Assembly: GCA_020060565.1 (NCBI GenBank)
Contig: JAGVAE010000002.1
Span: 307,270 to 371,269, forward strand
Reading direction: 5' to 3'
Source of the DNA: Candidatus Woesebacteria bacterium
GTDB lineage: Bacteria > Patescibacteriota > Microgenomatia > UBA8517
DNA: 64,000 nucleotides
The position numbers and the translations under genes were made by a program. Positions 27,050 to 36,695 of the stretch are shown here, one piece after another. The first letter of the stretch is position 1, and each line of letters begins with the position of its first letter. The notes beneath the pieces were generated by a model. The model saw nothing but the letters and a program-made list of their open reading frames with translations, did not search any database and was not told the origin of the DNA.

Positions 27050-27772
27050 ATGAAAACTGTAATAGTCACAGGTGCTTCAACAGGGATTGGGAAAGCTACA
27101 GCTTTAGAATTTGCAAAAAATGGGGGGGGTACCATTTTATTGATTGCCAGAAATGAACAAAAACTAAATAAAGTTAAAGAAGAAATTGAAAAGTTGGATG
27201 GAACGGCAGAAGTTTTTGTTGCTGATTTAAACTCTTCTGAAGGAACTAAAAAATTAATTAGTGATATTAAAACCAAACATTCTGAAATAAACATTCTTTG
27301 TAATATTGCAGGGATTTGGCATGGGGAGAATGAAGTATATGCTGGGAAAAATTATGAAGAATTCGAAGAAAAAGTGATTTTGAATACTTTGAATGTTGGT
27401 ACTATTGCTCCATTACTTTTATCGCATGGCCTTATTTCTATAATGCCCAAGGGAAGTTCAATAATTAATCTTTCAGGAACTTTCGAAAATGGAGGAAAGG
27501 GGTGGCTCCCATATTATGTGAGCAAGAGAGCCATTGAAGACTTATCTGTTGGAATGTCTCAAGAATTGGAAGAAAAAGGAGTTAGAGTTAATTGTATTTC
27601 TCCATCTGATACTGCAACTGAAGAATATAAAAGATTTTTTCCCAATGATGCTGCAGAAGCTCAGTCTCCAGAACAGGTTGCAAAGTTTTTTGTAGAACTT
27701 GCTGATAGAGATGTAACTGGAAAAGTTTTTGTAATTAAAAACGGGCAGACTTCAGAAGGTTTTCATAAATAG
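27050..27772 (+). CDS. Short-chain dehydrogenase/reductase (SDR).
   Basis: 'VIVTGASTGIGKA' and 'YYVSKRA' (YxxxK). It contains a G8 homopolymer at 27122-27129. Confidence 0.8.
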   Translation: MKTVIVTGASTGIGKATALEFAKNGGGTILLIARNEQKLNKVKEEIEKLDGTAEVFVADLNSSEGTKKLISDIKTKHSEINILCNIAGIWHGENEVYAGKNYEEFEEKVILNTLNVGTIAPLLLSHGLISIMPKGSSIINLSGTFENGGKGWLPYYVSKRAIEDLSVGMSQELEEKGVRVNCISPSDTATEEYKRFFPNDAAEAQSPEQVAKFFVELADRDVTGKVFVIKNGQTSEGFHK

Positions 27773-27791
27773 TTTGTGCTAGAATTTAAGG

Positions 27792-28235
27792 GTGAAAATC
27801 ACAATTAAAAAAACTGATTTAAAAGAAGTTTTTGCAATTCATAAAAAGATTCCTGAATTTACTCCAAATCCTCCAAAAACATTGAAAGAATTTGAAGATG
27901 AGATTAAAGATAAAAAGTATCTTGTTCTTACAGCGTACTGTGATGGAAAAATGGCGGGATACAGCATTGGATATGACAAATTTTCTGATAGATCATTTTA
28001 TATTTGGCTTTGTGGAGTAATTCCCGAGTACAGAAAGCAGGGTATATTTTCTTCACTTATCTTATATCAGGAGAAATGGTCAAACCAAAACGGTTACAAG
28101 TCAATAAAAGTGAAGACATGGAATAGACGAGTACAAATGCGGATCGCCTTGGATAAATTGGATTACTATTTGGTGGGTTTTGAAGAGAAACCAGATGTTT
28201 TAGATAATAGGTTGATATATGAAAAAATTCTTTAA
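27792..28235 (+). CDS. Small GNAT-like acetyltransferase-fold protein with a GTG start. Tentative.
   Basis: 'YSIGYDKFSDRSFYIWLCGVIPEYRKQGIFSSLI' resembles GNAT motif A (R/Q-x-x-G-x-G/A). Confidence 0.35.
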   Translation: MKITIKKTDLKEVFAIHKKIPEFTPNPPKTLKEFEDEIKDKKYLVLTAYCDGKMAGYSIGYDKFSDRSFYIWLCGVIPEYRKQGIFSSLILYQEKWSNQNGYKSIKVKTWNRRVQMRIALDKLDYYLVGFEEKPDVLDNRLIYEKIL

Positions 28236-29724
28236 ACAAAACTGGATTTATGTTATTGGGGGAATTGGGGTTTTGATTCTTTTTTCTTTGCGTTTTTGTA
28301 ATCTAACTCTTCTTCCTGTTTTTGCTGATGAAGCTATATATGTTCGTTGGGCACAGATAATGAAAGCTGAGGAAACTCTTCGTTTTCTTCCAATGTCTGA
28401 TGGCAAACAACCTTTTTATATGTGGGTTACAATTGCTTTTTTAAAGTTTATTAACGATCCCTTACTTGCAGGGCGTATCGTATCAGTACTATCAGGTCTA
28501 GGAACTTTAGCTGGAGTTTCTTTTCTTAGTTTTTTATTATTTAAATCTAAGAAAGCTGCCTTATTTGCTGCTATTGTCTATTCACTATCACCAATTACTT
28601 TCTTTTTTGACAGGATGGCATTGGTTGATTCAATGCTTGCAATGTTTGGAGTCTGGACATTTATCTTTGCATATCTTTCTATAACTCGTGAACGATTGGA
28701 CTGTGCGATGATAGCTGGTTTTTCATTGGGAGCGGCCTGGCTTACAAAGTCTCCAGCATTGTTTTTTGCTTTAATGCTTCCTACACTTTGGTTGTTTGCT
28801 AAGTCCAAAAGAAGTCTTATTAAAGTTATTCCGTTAACTTTTGTAACAGTTGTAATTGGTTATGGAATGTACAATATCCTGCGTCTTGGAACTAACTTTC
28901 ATATGATTGCACTCCGAAATTTGGACTATGTCTATCCTGTTAGCCATCTACTTTCTAGCCCCTTTGATCCTTTAAAGCCATTTTTGCTTCAAGTATGGCA
29001 GTGGTTAGTTATGATGGGACCTTGGCCGTTAATAGTATTAGGGGTTATTGGTTTGGTTGTTAATTTTAAGAAGAATTGGAAACAAAACACAGTTCTTCTA
29101 ATTTGGTTTATTGCTCCTATTGTTATTGAATCAGAATTTGCAAAAGTACTAACTGCCCGCTATATTCTTTTTACAATTCCGTTTTTGATTATAATTGCTT
29201 CATCTGCGTTTAATAGTTTATCAATTAGATGGTTACGAATTACAAGTTATGTAGTTTTAATTATATTTGTTGTACAGGCTTTTATTTTTGATTATTATCT
29301 TCTAACCAATCCTTCAAAAGCAAATCTGCCCAGGAGTGAAAGATCTGGCTATTTGGAAGAGTGGACCGCAGGACATGGTATTAAAGAAGTTTCAATTTAT
29401 ATCCAAGAATATCAACGAGCAAATCCTGGTAAAAAAATAATAGTGGGAACTGAAGGTTTTTTTGGGACACTACCTGATGCACTTCAAGCTTATTTGAATA
29501 GAGATAGAGAGATTACTGTCATTGGGGTTGGTCTTAATTTTACTGAAATTCCCATTTCCCTTAAAGAATCTTTTAAAGCGGGGAACACTACATTTTTAGT
29601 AATTAATGACAATAGATTTAATGGAAAAATTGAAGGAGAAGAACTAAAACTAATTTCAAGTTTTCCAAAGACCAAGCGACCTGATAGTTCTTATCAATCA
29701 CTACTATTATTTCAATTGAAATAA
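28219..29724 (+). CDS. ArnT/PMT_2-family GT-C glycosyltransferase (GT39/83-like).
   Basis: An N-terminal transmembrane helix, then 'LLPVFADEAIYVRWAQIM', the first-loop DE motif. About 12 transmembrane helices and a C-terminal soluble domain. Confidence 0.6.
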   Translation: MKKFFKQNWIYVIGGIGVLILFSLRFCNLTLLPVFADEAIYVRWAQIMKAEETLRFLPMSDGKQPFYMWVTIAFLKFINDPLLAGRIVSVLSGLGTLAGVSFLSFLLFKSKKAALFAAIVYSLSPITFFFDRMALVDSMLAMFGVWTFIFAYLSITRERLDCAMIAGFSLGAAWLTKSPALFFALMLPTLWLFAKSKRSLIKVIPLTFVTVVIGYGMYNILRLGTNFHMIALRNLDYVYPVSHLLSSPFDPLKPFLLQVWQWLVMMGPWPLIVLGVIGLVVNFKKNWKQNTVLLIWFIAPIVIESEFAKVLTARYILFTIPFLIIIASSAFNSLSIRWLRITSYVVLIIFVVQAFIFDYYLLTNPSKANLPRSERSGYLEEWTAGHGIKEVSIYIQEYQRANPGKKIIVGTEGFFGTLPDALQAYLNRDREITVIGVGLNFTEIPISLKESFKAGNTTFLVINDNRFNGKIEGEELKLISSFPKTKRPDSSYQSLLLFQLK

Positions 29725-29725
29725 A

Positions 29726-31495
29726 ATGAAATTATTATTAAAGATCATTATTGCAGCTTTAATCATTTTCATTATTTATCAATCACGTTGGATACTATCT
29801 TTCAAATACGAACCTGAATATTATGAAAACTTTTTTTATGAAAGCCAATACTCATATCCATCAAGTGCTAGGGGAATATCTGATGGTACTTTATATAAAT
29901 TCGTCGGTTATAGACTAACTCAAGGTGAAAATCCATTCAATATTAACTGGGAAATTCCTCCTTTTGGGAAAGTTTTATATGGGTATTCTTCAAGATTTCT
30001 GGGTAGTCCCTTTTGGTTTTCTTTAGCCTGTTTTTTTACAGCTTTGGTAGTTTTTTTCCTTATTCTTTCAAAGAATTTTAAAAATTATTTAATTCCATTT
30101 ATTGGTGTGGTGTTTTTGATTCTGATTCCACATTTTTCCAATCAGATTTCCGATACTATGCTGGATTTACCACTTACCCTTGCATATTTGGCTCATATGT
30201 TTTTCTTTTTTAATTATATTGACAAGAAAAAGATTATGAATTTAGTTGTAGCTGGTTCGCTGCTGGGAATTGCAAGTGCTATAAAACCACCAATATATGT
30301 GCCATTTATTTTGTTATTCGAACTTCTGATAGTTTATTTGAATGAGAAAAAGTTAAGAAGAGTTTTGATGCTTCCTATTTTTGTTTTTGCTGGTTATGTT
30401 TTAGGGTATTTTATTTATTTTGTCAGACATCCGAACCCTATTCCTTGGTTAAGACTTCATGAAAAGATTTATGATTTTTATTCAGGTTCAAAATTGGGAG
30501 TGAACTACACAGCTGCCATAAAAGAACTGTTTAATTTTGGTACTTGGGGATTTGTTTATGTGGCAGGACTAATTAGCTATTGTGTTTCCTGGACTAGATA
30601 TTTCAAAAACAAAAAAGATCTTAAGCTTTTGACAGCTATTTTGTTTTCAACGGTTTTTTTGGTAGTTAACTCTTTTATACCATTTTATCCAAGATATCTA
30701 TTGCCTCTCAGTTTTACCTTTATTTATTTAATTCTTTTTATGTTTAAGGATAAGCTTATAATTCCCCTTTTTATATGTGTTTTATCTTTTCCATTCTTTT
30801 ACAAAGCCTTTATCCCGTCTGATCCTGGAGGGGATGTGGGGGCGACTGCTAGATTTATTGAAACGAGAGCGGACAGAGAGCTTTATAGAGCAATTAATCC
30901 AAGTAAACGTAAAGAGATTTCGGAAAACGATTTTATCAATACACTTGAAAGCTTTAATAATACTTTGGGTACACGAAAAATACAGGTAACAATTGGAGAA
31001 GGTAATAAGCTTAATAACAAGTATTATTATGACCTTAATGTTAAATATGCCACAAGGTTTGGTGTGGTAGAGAACAATATACCTTTTGAATATGAGAATG
31101 TGCAAAATCAGTGGAAATTGAATTGGAATTGGGATTATCTTTATAAAGATTTCCTACCTGGATTGAATGTGGAATTTACCAAAAAACCATTACAACCATC
31201 CGAAATTTACGAAGTTTATATAATACCCAGACTAATGTTTGATTGGACTAAAAATTTAGACAATTTATCCAGATTAACAGGGGTATCTAGTCTTGTAATT
31301 AATCAAAAATTAACATCGGTAGTCCCCAACGGCTTTGAAAAGTTTGTTGGATACTTAAGTAAAGATGTTTCAGAAGTCGAGAGAGACGAAATAATGAAAG
31401 ACAATGGGGTAGTTAGGATTAAAAAAGTATACTTGGATCCGAAGACGGAATCTGAATCAAACTCGTTAATTTTAACTAAAACGTATTCCCAATAA
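29726..31495 (+). CDS. Polytopic membrane protein with about 10 transmembrane helices and a roughly 220-aa C-terminal extracytoplasmic domain of unknown fold.
   Basis: The hydrophobic N-terminal two-thirds is followed by a soluble C-terminus ('ETRADRELYRAINPSKRKEISEND...'). No known catalytic motif. Confidence 0.35.
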   Translation: MKLLLKIIIAALIIFIIYQSRWILSFKYEPEYYENFFYESQYSYPSSARGISDGTLYKFVGYRLTQGENPFNINWEIPPFGKVLYGYSSRFLGSPFWFSLACFFTALVVFFLILSKNFKNYLIPFIGVVFLILIPHFSNQISDTMLDLPLTLAYLAHMFFFFNYIDKKKIMNLVVAGSLLGIASAIKPPIYVPFILLFELLIVYLNEKKLRRVLMLPIFVFAGYVLGYFIYFVRHPNPIPWLRLHEKIYDFYSGSKLGVNYTAAIKELFNFGTWGFVYVAGLISYCVSWTRYFKNKKDLKLLTAILFSTVFLVVNSFIPFYPRYLLPLSFTFIYLILFMFKDKLIIPLFICVLSFPFFYKAFIPSDPGGDVGATARFIETRADRELYRAINPSKRKEISENDFINTLESFNNTLGTRKIQVTIGEGNKLNNKYYYDLNVKYATRFGVVENNIPFEYENVQNQWKLNWNWDYLYKDFLPGLNVEFTKKPLQPSEIYEVYIIPRLMFDWTKNLDNLSRLTGVSSLVINQKLTSVVPNGFEKFVGYLSKDVSEVERDEIMKDNGVVRIKKVYLDPKTESESNSLILTKTYSQ

Positions 31496-32155
31496 TACAA
31501 GTGCTCCGATAATAGCATCTTTAGCTTTTATTTTTTTGCCTTTCTCATAGCTCCTGGGTTTATATTTTATAGCAACTTCTTTTATTTGGATTTTTTTCTT
31601 AAGTAGTTTTGCGGTTATCTCTGCTTCTATTTCAAAACCGCTGGATTTAAGGTTTAAAGATTTAAAAATATTGGTGGGGATAAGTTTGTAGCATGTATAG
31701 CTGTCTGTTAATTTACTTCCAAATAAGACGTTACAAAAGGTTGTTATGGCAATATTTCCCAAATAGGTTCTAAGATATGCATGTTTACTTTTACCCATTA
31801 TTCTTGATCCATATACTACGCCACTTTTTGTGATTAGATTGGTCAACTTTGGAAATTCTGTAGGATCATACTCAAGGTCTGCATCTTGAATAATGGTGTA
31901 GTCACCCTTTACCATTTTTATTCCGGATCTTACGGCACCTCCTTTACCTAAATTTGTATTATGAGAAATGATTTTTAGTTTTTTGGCAAACCTTGCTGAC
32001 TTTTTAAGTTTTTGAAGAATTTGCAGTGTTTTATCAGTTGAACCATCATTAATAACAATTACTTCATAAATATCTTTTAAACCAATAACTTTATCCAAAA
32101 TTGTTTTTACGGTCGTTTCTTCATTAAGTACTGGGATAATTACCGAAAGTTTCAT
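31472..32155 (-). CDS. GT2 glycosyltransferase (DPM1/GtrB-like).
   Basis: 'LSVIIPVLNEETTV', 'VINDGSTDKT', 'QDADLEYDP'. It converges on the upstream gene with a 24-nt overlap. Confidence 0.8.
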   Translation of the reverse strand: MKLSVIIPVLNEETTVKTILDKVIGLKDIYEVIVINDGSTDKTLQILQKLKKSARFAKKLKIISHNTNLGKGGAVRSGIKMVKGDYTIIQDADLEYDPTEFPKLTNLITKSGVVYGSRIMGKSKHAYLRTYLGNIAITTFCNVLFGSKLTDSYTCYKLIPTNIFKSLNLKSSGFEIEAEITAKLLKKKIQIKEVAIKYKPRSYEKGKKIKAKDAIIGALVLLGIRFS

Positions 32156-32167
32156 ATAATTTAGATT

Positions 32168-33400
32168 GTGCGCAAATACTTTCCTATTTTAGCAATTTTG
32201 ATTATTTCTTCAATCATGAGATTTTGGAATTTAGGAAATATCCCTTTGGGGTTGTCGCTTGACGAAATTGAGTTGAGTTTACTTCTTCCCACGCCCTTTT
32301 TGATTAGACTTCCATTTGCTTTAATGGGAATACTTTCTATTTATCTTTTTTATAGGCTTGTAAGAAAAGTATTTAATGACGATAAAATTGCCTTGATTTC
32401 GACATTAATTTTGGGGGTTATTCCGTGGCATGTAACAGAAAGTAGAATTATGTCGTGGGGAATTATTCTATTATTGATTGGGGAAATACTAGCACTTTTT
32501 TTATTTAGATTTGTCAACAAAAAAAATAATATTTATCTTGGAATTATACTATTACTTGTTTGTGTAATTGTCCCTGTCTCAGGCTTGGCAATAAAAGTAA
32601 ACGATGAACGTTTGGTTGTAGTAAACAATTCTCCTAAGGTTCTTTCAAGAATATTTATAAATAAATTAACAGAAAACTTCAGACTCCGAGAAGAAACACT
32701 TTTTACTAATTTAGATTTTGGTAACTATTTTTTTGCTGGGCATCCAAGAGAAAGGGGTGGAATTGAAGAAACTCAAAAACTTTTATTATTTACTCTGCCA
32801 TTTATAGTTTTGGGGCTATTTAAACTTGGAAAAGATAAAAGTCAATTTTTATTTTCCTGGATTATTATTTCTCTTTTTGTTTTAACATTCTTTAATCTTC
32901 AGGGATCCCAAACATTAATACTAATATTCCCTTTTGTTGTGTTAGCTGCGATTGGAATAGTTAATGCACAGCGGATACTTGTGATTTTAGTGTTGATTTT
33001 TGGGATTTTTGAAAGTTTATATTTTTATAATTTGTATTTTTCGGGATTAACTGAAAGTCAGTTTTCTCCAAGAAGACCAGTATATATTGAACTGTCAGCA
33101 AAAATTAAAGATATAAAAAGAGAGGGTGAACATGTTTTGGTTAATGACAGAATTGGAAACTCCAAAGAATTTCTTAGTTTTTATTTGAAGAAAAATATCG
33201 AAGAGTTTGACTTTAGGATTTTTGATTATCACAAGGAGAGTGAAACGGGAAAATTATTTGTTGATGTTTTTCCTGATGATCCAATTTCTAATGAGCCGTT
33301 GTATACAAAAGATGGAGCTTGGCCTGACAACTTAACTATTCTTAGTGTTTTATATGATGTTGGTAAGCGACAGAAAGTAGTTATATATAGAACTAAATGA
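32168..33400 (+). CDS. Divergent or shortened ArnT-like GT-C paralogue (410 aa). GTG start.
   Basis: Its N-terminus 'MRFWNLGNIPLGLSLDEIELSLL' aligns with the paralogue motif 'LRLWNLG..P..DEAA', but the GYNAYS block is degenerate and the C-terminal domain is shorter. Confidence 0.4.
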   Translation: MRKYFPILAILIISSIMRFWNLGNIPLGLSLDEIELSLLLPTPFLIRLPFALMGILSIYLFYRLVRKVFNDDKIALISTLILGVIPWHVTESRIMSWGIILLLIGEILALFLFRFVNKKNNIYLGIILLLVCVIVPVSGLAIKVNDERLVVVNNSPKVLSRIFINKLTENFRLREETLFTNLDFGNYFFAGHPRERGGIEETQKLLLFTLPFIVLGLFKLGKDKSQFLFSWIIISLFVLTFFNLQGSQTLILIFPFVVLAAIGIVNAQRILVILVLIFGIFESLYFYNLYFSGLTESQFSPRRPVYIELSAKIKDIKREGEHVLVNDRIGNSKEFLSFYLKKNIEEFDFRIFDYHKESETGKLFVDVFPDDPISNEPLYTKDGAWPDNLTILSVLYDVGKRQKVVIYRTK

Positions 33401-34992
33401 CAAAGAAACTATTAATCACAGTTTTAATATTAGGAGCCATTTTGAGACTCTCCTGGCTTGGGACTATCCCATCAGGTTTTTTCAGAGATGAAGCAGCTAT
33501 TGGATATAATGCATATTCAATCTTTAAAACAGGAGCAGATGAGTTTGGAATGAGACTTCCTCTAGTTTTTAGATCCTTTGAAGTTTTCTTTCTACCTGCC
33601 TATCTTTATATTTCTGCCCCAATTGTGGGACTTTTAGGACTATCTGAATTTTCTACGAGGTTAATATCTACTCTTTCTGGGATAGCTGCAATTTATATAG
33701 TTTATTTAATTGCTAAAAATATTTGGGACAAAAAAGCAGGAATCTTTGCCGCTTTTGTTCTTGCTATATCTCCCTGGCACATTTTTTATAGCAGGGGAAC
33801 TTTTGAAGGGAACTTGGGATTGACTCTTTTTACTGCAGGATTTTACTTTTGGATACGGTTTTTGCAAAAACTAAATACTAAACATTTCCTTTTTTCTGGT
33901 ATTTTGTTTGCTCTTTCAATGTATTCATATCAAGCAGAAAGAGTAGTTGTCCCTTTGTTTATAATCTCTGCCCTTATTGTTAGTTTTAATAATTTTTGGA
34001 AAATAAAAACAAAATTAATCTTGCCAATTATTATTTTATTCATTCTTATGATTCCACTTCTCTCCTTGACGTTTAAACCTGGTGGGTATCATAGAGCGGT
34101 TGGAGTAAGTATTTTTTCTCAAATAACAAACCCACCGGGCTGGATAAGTGATATTTCCCCTGGGGTTTTGATAAATAATAAAACTTACTTAAGGGTTCGT
34201 GAGGTCTCATCGCTCTATCTTTCTTACTTTTCACCTCGCAATCTTTTTAATTTTGGGGATTACAATCGTCAGAGGTCTGTTGAGAATTCTAGTGTTTTTT
34301 ACTCCTTTATGATTATTGGACTAGTCTTTGGAATATGGAAGATTATTAAAAAAGGAACTGTTAATACAAAACTACTAATGTTGTGGTTAGTCTTTGCTCC
34401 CGTTCCAGCAGCTTTAACTGGAGATCCATTCCATACTTATAGAGCTCTACTTGTTTTTATTCCTTTTTCAATATTAATAGGCTATGGTTTTAGCCGTCTC
34501 AGTTATCAGAAAATCTTTTTAGGAGTTTCGCTTATTTCACTTTCAATATTTGTTTTTAATTATTTTTTTGTTACCCAGGTAACACGAGCTCATGATTGGG
34601 ATTGGGGATACAAAGAAATGAGTAGCTTTATTAATACTCTTCCGAAAGATCAAAAAATTGTAATAAATGACCTTTCAACAGAAAGCTATATTCATTATCT
34701 TTTCTTTAATAAAGTAGAACCCACCATTTATCAAAAAGAAGTAGCTTCTTTGGGTAATGTTTCGGATTACTATTATTCAGACCCAAGCGAAATTCGTCCA
34801 ACTAAAATTGACTCTCTTGAATTTAGAAAGGTGGATTGGCCAACAGAAAGAGGAAATACGAAAACTGTATTTGTAATGTGGGGAGACACCCTTCCCGATA
34901 GTGAGTATGAAAATGATCCAAAGGTAAGACTACTTAAAAAAATTTCATATCCTGACGGATCAGATGCTTTTAAAATTGTTGAGATAATTTAG
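33397..34992 (+). CDS. ArnT/PMT_2-family GT-C glycosyltransferase.
   Basis: 'LRLSWLGTIPSGFFRDEAAIGYNAYSIFKTGADEFG'. Multi-pass membrane protein with a C-terminal soluble domain. Confidence 0.6.
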   Translation: MTKKLLITVLILGAILRLSWLGTIPSGFFRDEAAIGYNAYSIFKTGADEFGMRLPLVFRSFEVFFLPAYLYISAPIVGLLGLSEFSTRLISTLSGIAAIYIVYLIAKNIWDKKAGIFAAFVLAISPWHIFYSRGTFEGNLGLTLFTAGFYFWIRFLQKLNTKHFLFSGILFALSMYSYQAERVVVPLFIISALIVSFNNFWKIKTKLILPIIILFILMIPLLSLTFKPGGYHRAVGVSIFSQITNPPGWISDISPGVLINNKTYLRVREVSSLYLSYFSPRNLFNFGDYNRQRSVENSSVFYSFMIIGLVFGIWKIIKKGTVNTKLLMLWLVFAPVPAALTGDPFHTYRALLVFIPFSILIGYGFSRLSYQKIFLGVSLISLSIFVFNYFFVTQVTRAHDWDWGYKEMSSFINTLPKDQKIVINDLSTESYIHYLFFNKVEPTIYQKEVASLGNVSDYYYSDPSEIRPTKIDSLEFRKVDWPTERGNTKTVFVMWGDTLPDSEYENDPKVRLLKKISYPDGSDAFKIVEII

Positions 34993-35009
34993 TGTGCTAT
35001 CATGAAGAA

Positions 35010-36695
35010 ATGAAATCATTGAATAGAAAATGGTGGGTGTTTTTGTTTTTTGCTGTACTTCTGAGTGTGCCCTCATTTTTAAAAATAGTTAGGCCGGGAT
35101 TTTTTCCAATGCAAGATAGTATGCAGGTTTTTAGACTTTTTGAATTGGATAAATGTGTTAATGATTTACAACTTCCTTGTCGTTGGATTCCCGATGGGGG
35201 ATATGGCTATGGATATCCACAGTTTAACTTCTATGCTCCGCTTGTTTACTACCTGGGTGAGATCATTCATTTGGGTGGACTTCAATTTATAGATTCTATA
35301 AAGGTATTGTTCGCTTTAGGTTTTATCCTTTCTGCAGTAACAATGTTTATTCTTATAAAAGAACTATTTGGTGGTTTTTCTGCTTTTGTAGCCTCGGTAC
35401 TTTATATATATGTTCCATATCGTGCTCAACAGGTTTATGTAAGGGGGGCACTAAGTGAATTTTGGGCTAGTGTATTTTTCCCACTTATTTTGTGGGCAAT
35501 ATACAAACTAATAAAGAATGGAGATAAAAAGTACATTGTTTGGACCGCTTTATCTATAGCTGGCTTATTTTTAACTCACAATATCTTAGCGTATTTATTT
35601 ATCCCCATTATTCTTTTTTGGATTCTGTTTTGGGCATTTATAGAAAAAGGTATTAATGTAAAAAGACTGTCTCTGTCGCTTGGACTAGGTATTGGGCTTT
35701 CTGCCTTTTTTGTTTTACCAATGTTTTTTGAACGAGGATATGTTCACGTTGAAACTCTTTTAGGTGGTTACTTTGACTATAGACAGCATTTTGTAAACTT
35801 AAAACAATTGTTTTTCTCAAATCATTGGGGTTACGGGTCTTCAATGTTGGGGCCCGTTGATGATTTGGCTCTTTCTGTTGGAATTGTTCATTGGATAGTT
35901 GGGGCAATATCGCTAATTCTTGCCCTTATTATATTTAAGAAAAATAAAAAATTATCGTTGCTTGTTTTGGGAATGGGTGTGATTGAGGTGGTGGTCCTTT
36001 TTTTGATGCATGAAAGATCGTCATTTATTTGGTCGGCCATTCCTCCTCTTTCTTGGCTGCAATTTCCTTGGAGATTTTTGTCGTTAAGTGCTTTTATTCT
36101 TTCTTTTTTGTCAGGTTTTATATTTATGTATTTGGGAAAAGTAAGGTATATTTTCGGAATTTTAACTATTGTTGCAGTTTTTGTGCTCCACCTAAACTTT
36201 TTTGCACCCAAGGCTTGGCTTGATATAAAAGATAGCGATGAGTTAAGTGGTGAAGTATGGACAAAACAACTAACTGCAAGTATTTTTGACTATCTTCCAA
36301 TTTATGCAAAACTACCCCCAAACACAAAGGCGCCTGATGTACCTGAGATTTTGAGTGGAAGTGCTACTTTTGAAAATTATGTTAAGGGTAGTAATTTTCA
36401 AACTGGCAAACTCGATGTTAAAGAGAATGCCAGAATAAGGATTCCCTTGTTTGATTTTCCCGGTATGGTTGTAACTTTGGACAATAAGATCATTTCTCAT
36501 ATAAACAACGATTGCACAAATGAACCACATTGTTTAGGACTTATCACTATCGATGTTCCTGTTGGGGAATATTATTTTAAAGTTAAACTTAATAACACAC
36601 CAGTAAGAGTGATTGGTAATACGCTAAGCCTTTTTGCAATAATGGGAATAGTTTATGTTTCTATCAAAAAAAATGCTGAAATTTCTAAAAAATAA
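35010..36695 (+). CDS. YfhO-like GT-C membrane glycosyltransferase, paralogue 1 of 3 in tandem. ATG at 35010; the track has GTG at 34992.
   Basis: The N-terminal loop 'FFPMQDSMQVFRLFELDKCVNDLQLPCRWIPDGGYGYGYPQFNFY' and the C-terminal beta-domain 'YFKVKLNNTP' are shared with the next two genes. Confidence 0.45.
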   Translation: MKSLNRKWWVFLFFAVLLSVPSFLKIVRPGFFPMQDSMQVFRLFELDKCVNDLQLPCRWIPDGGYGYGYPQFNFYAPLVYYLGEIIHLGGLQFIDSIKVLFALGFILSAVTMFILIKELFGGFSAFVASVLYIYVPYRAQQVYVRGALSEFWASVFFPLILWAIYKLIKNGDKKYIVWTALSIAGLFLTHNILAYLFIPIILFWILFWAFIEKGINVKRLSLSLGLGIGLSAFFVLPMFFERGYVHVETLLGGYFDYRQHFVNLKQLFFSNHWGYGSSMLGPVDDLALSVGIVHWIVGAISLILALIIFKKNKKLSLLVLGMGVIEVVVLFLMHERSSFIWSAIPPLSWLQFPWRFLSLSAFILSFLSGFIFMYLGKVRYIFGILTIVAVFVLHLNFFAPKAWLDIKDSDELSGEVWTKQLTASIFDYLPIYAKLPPNTKAPDVPEILSGSATFENYVKGSNFQTGKLDVKENARIRIPLFDFPGMVVTLDNKIISHINNDCTNEPHCLGLITIDVPVGEYYFKVKLNNTPVRVIGNTLSLFAIMGIVYVSIKKNAEISKK

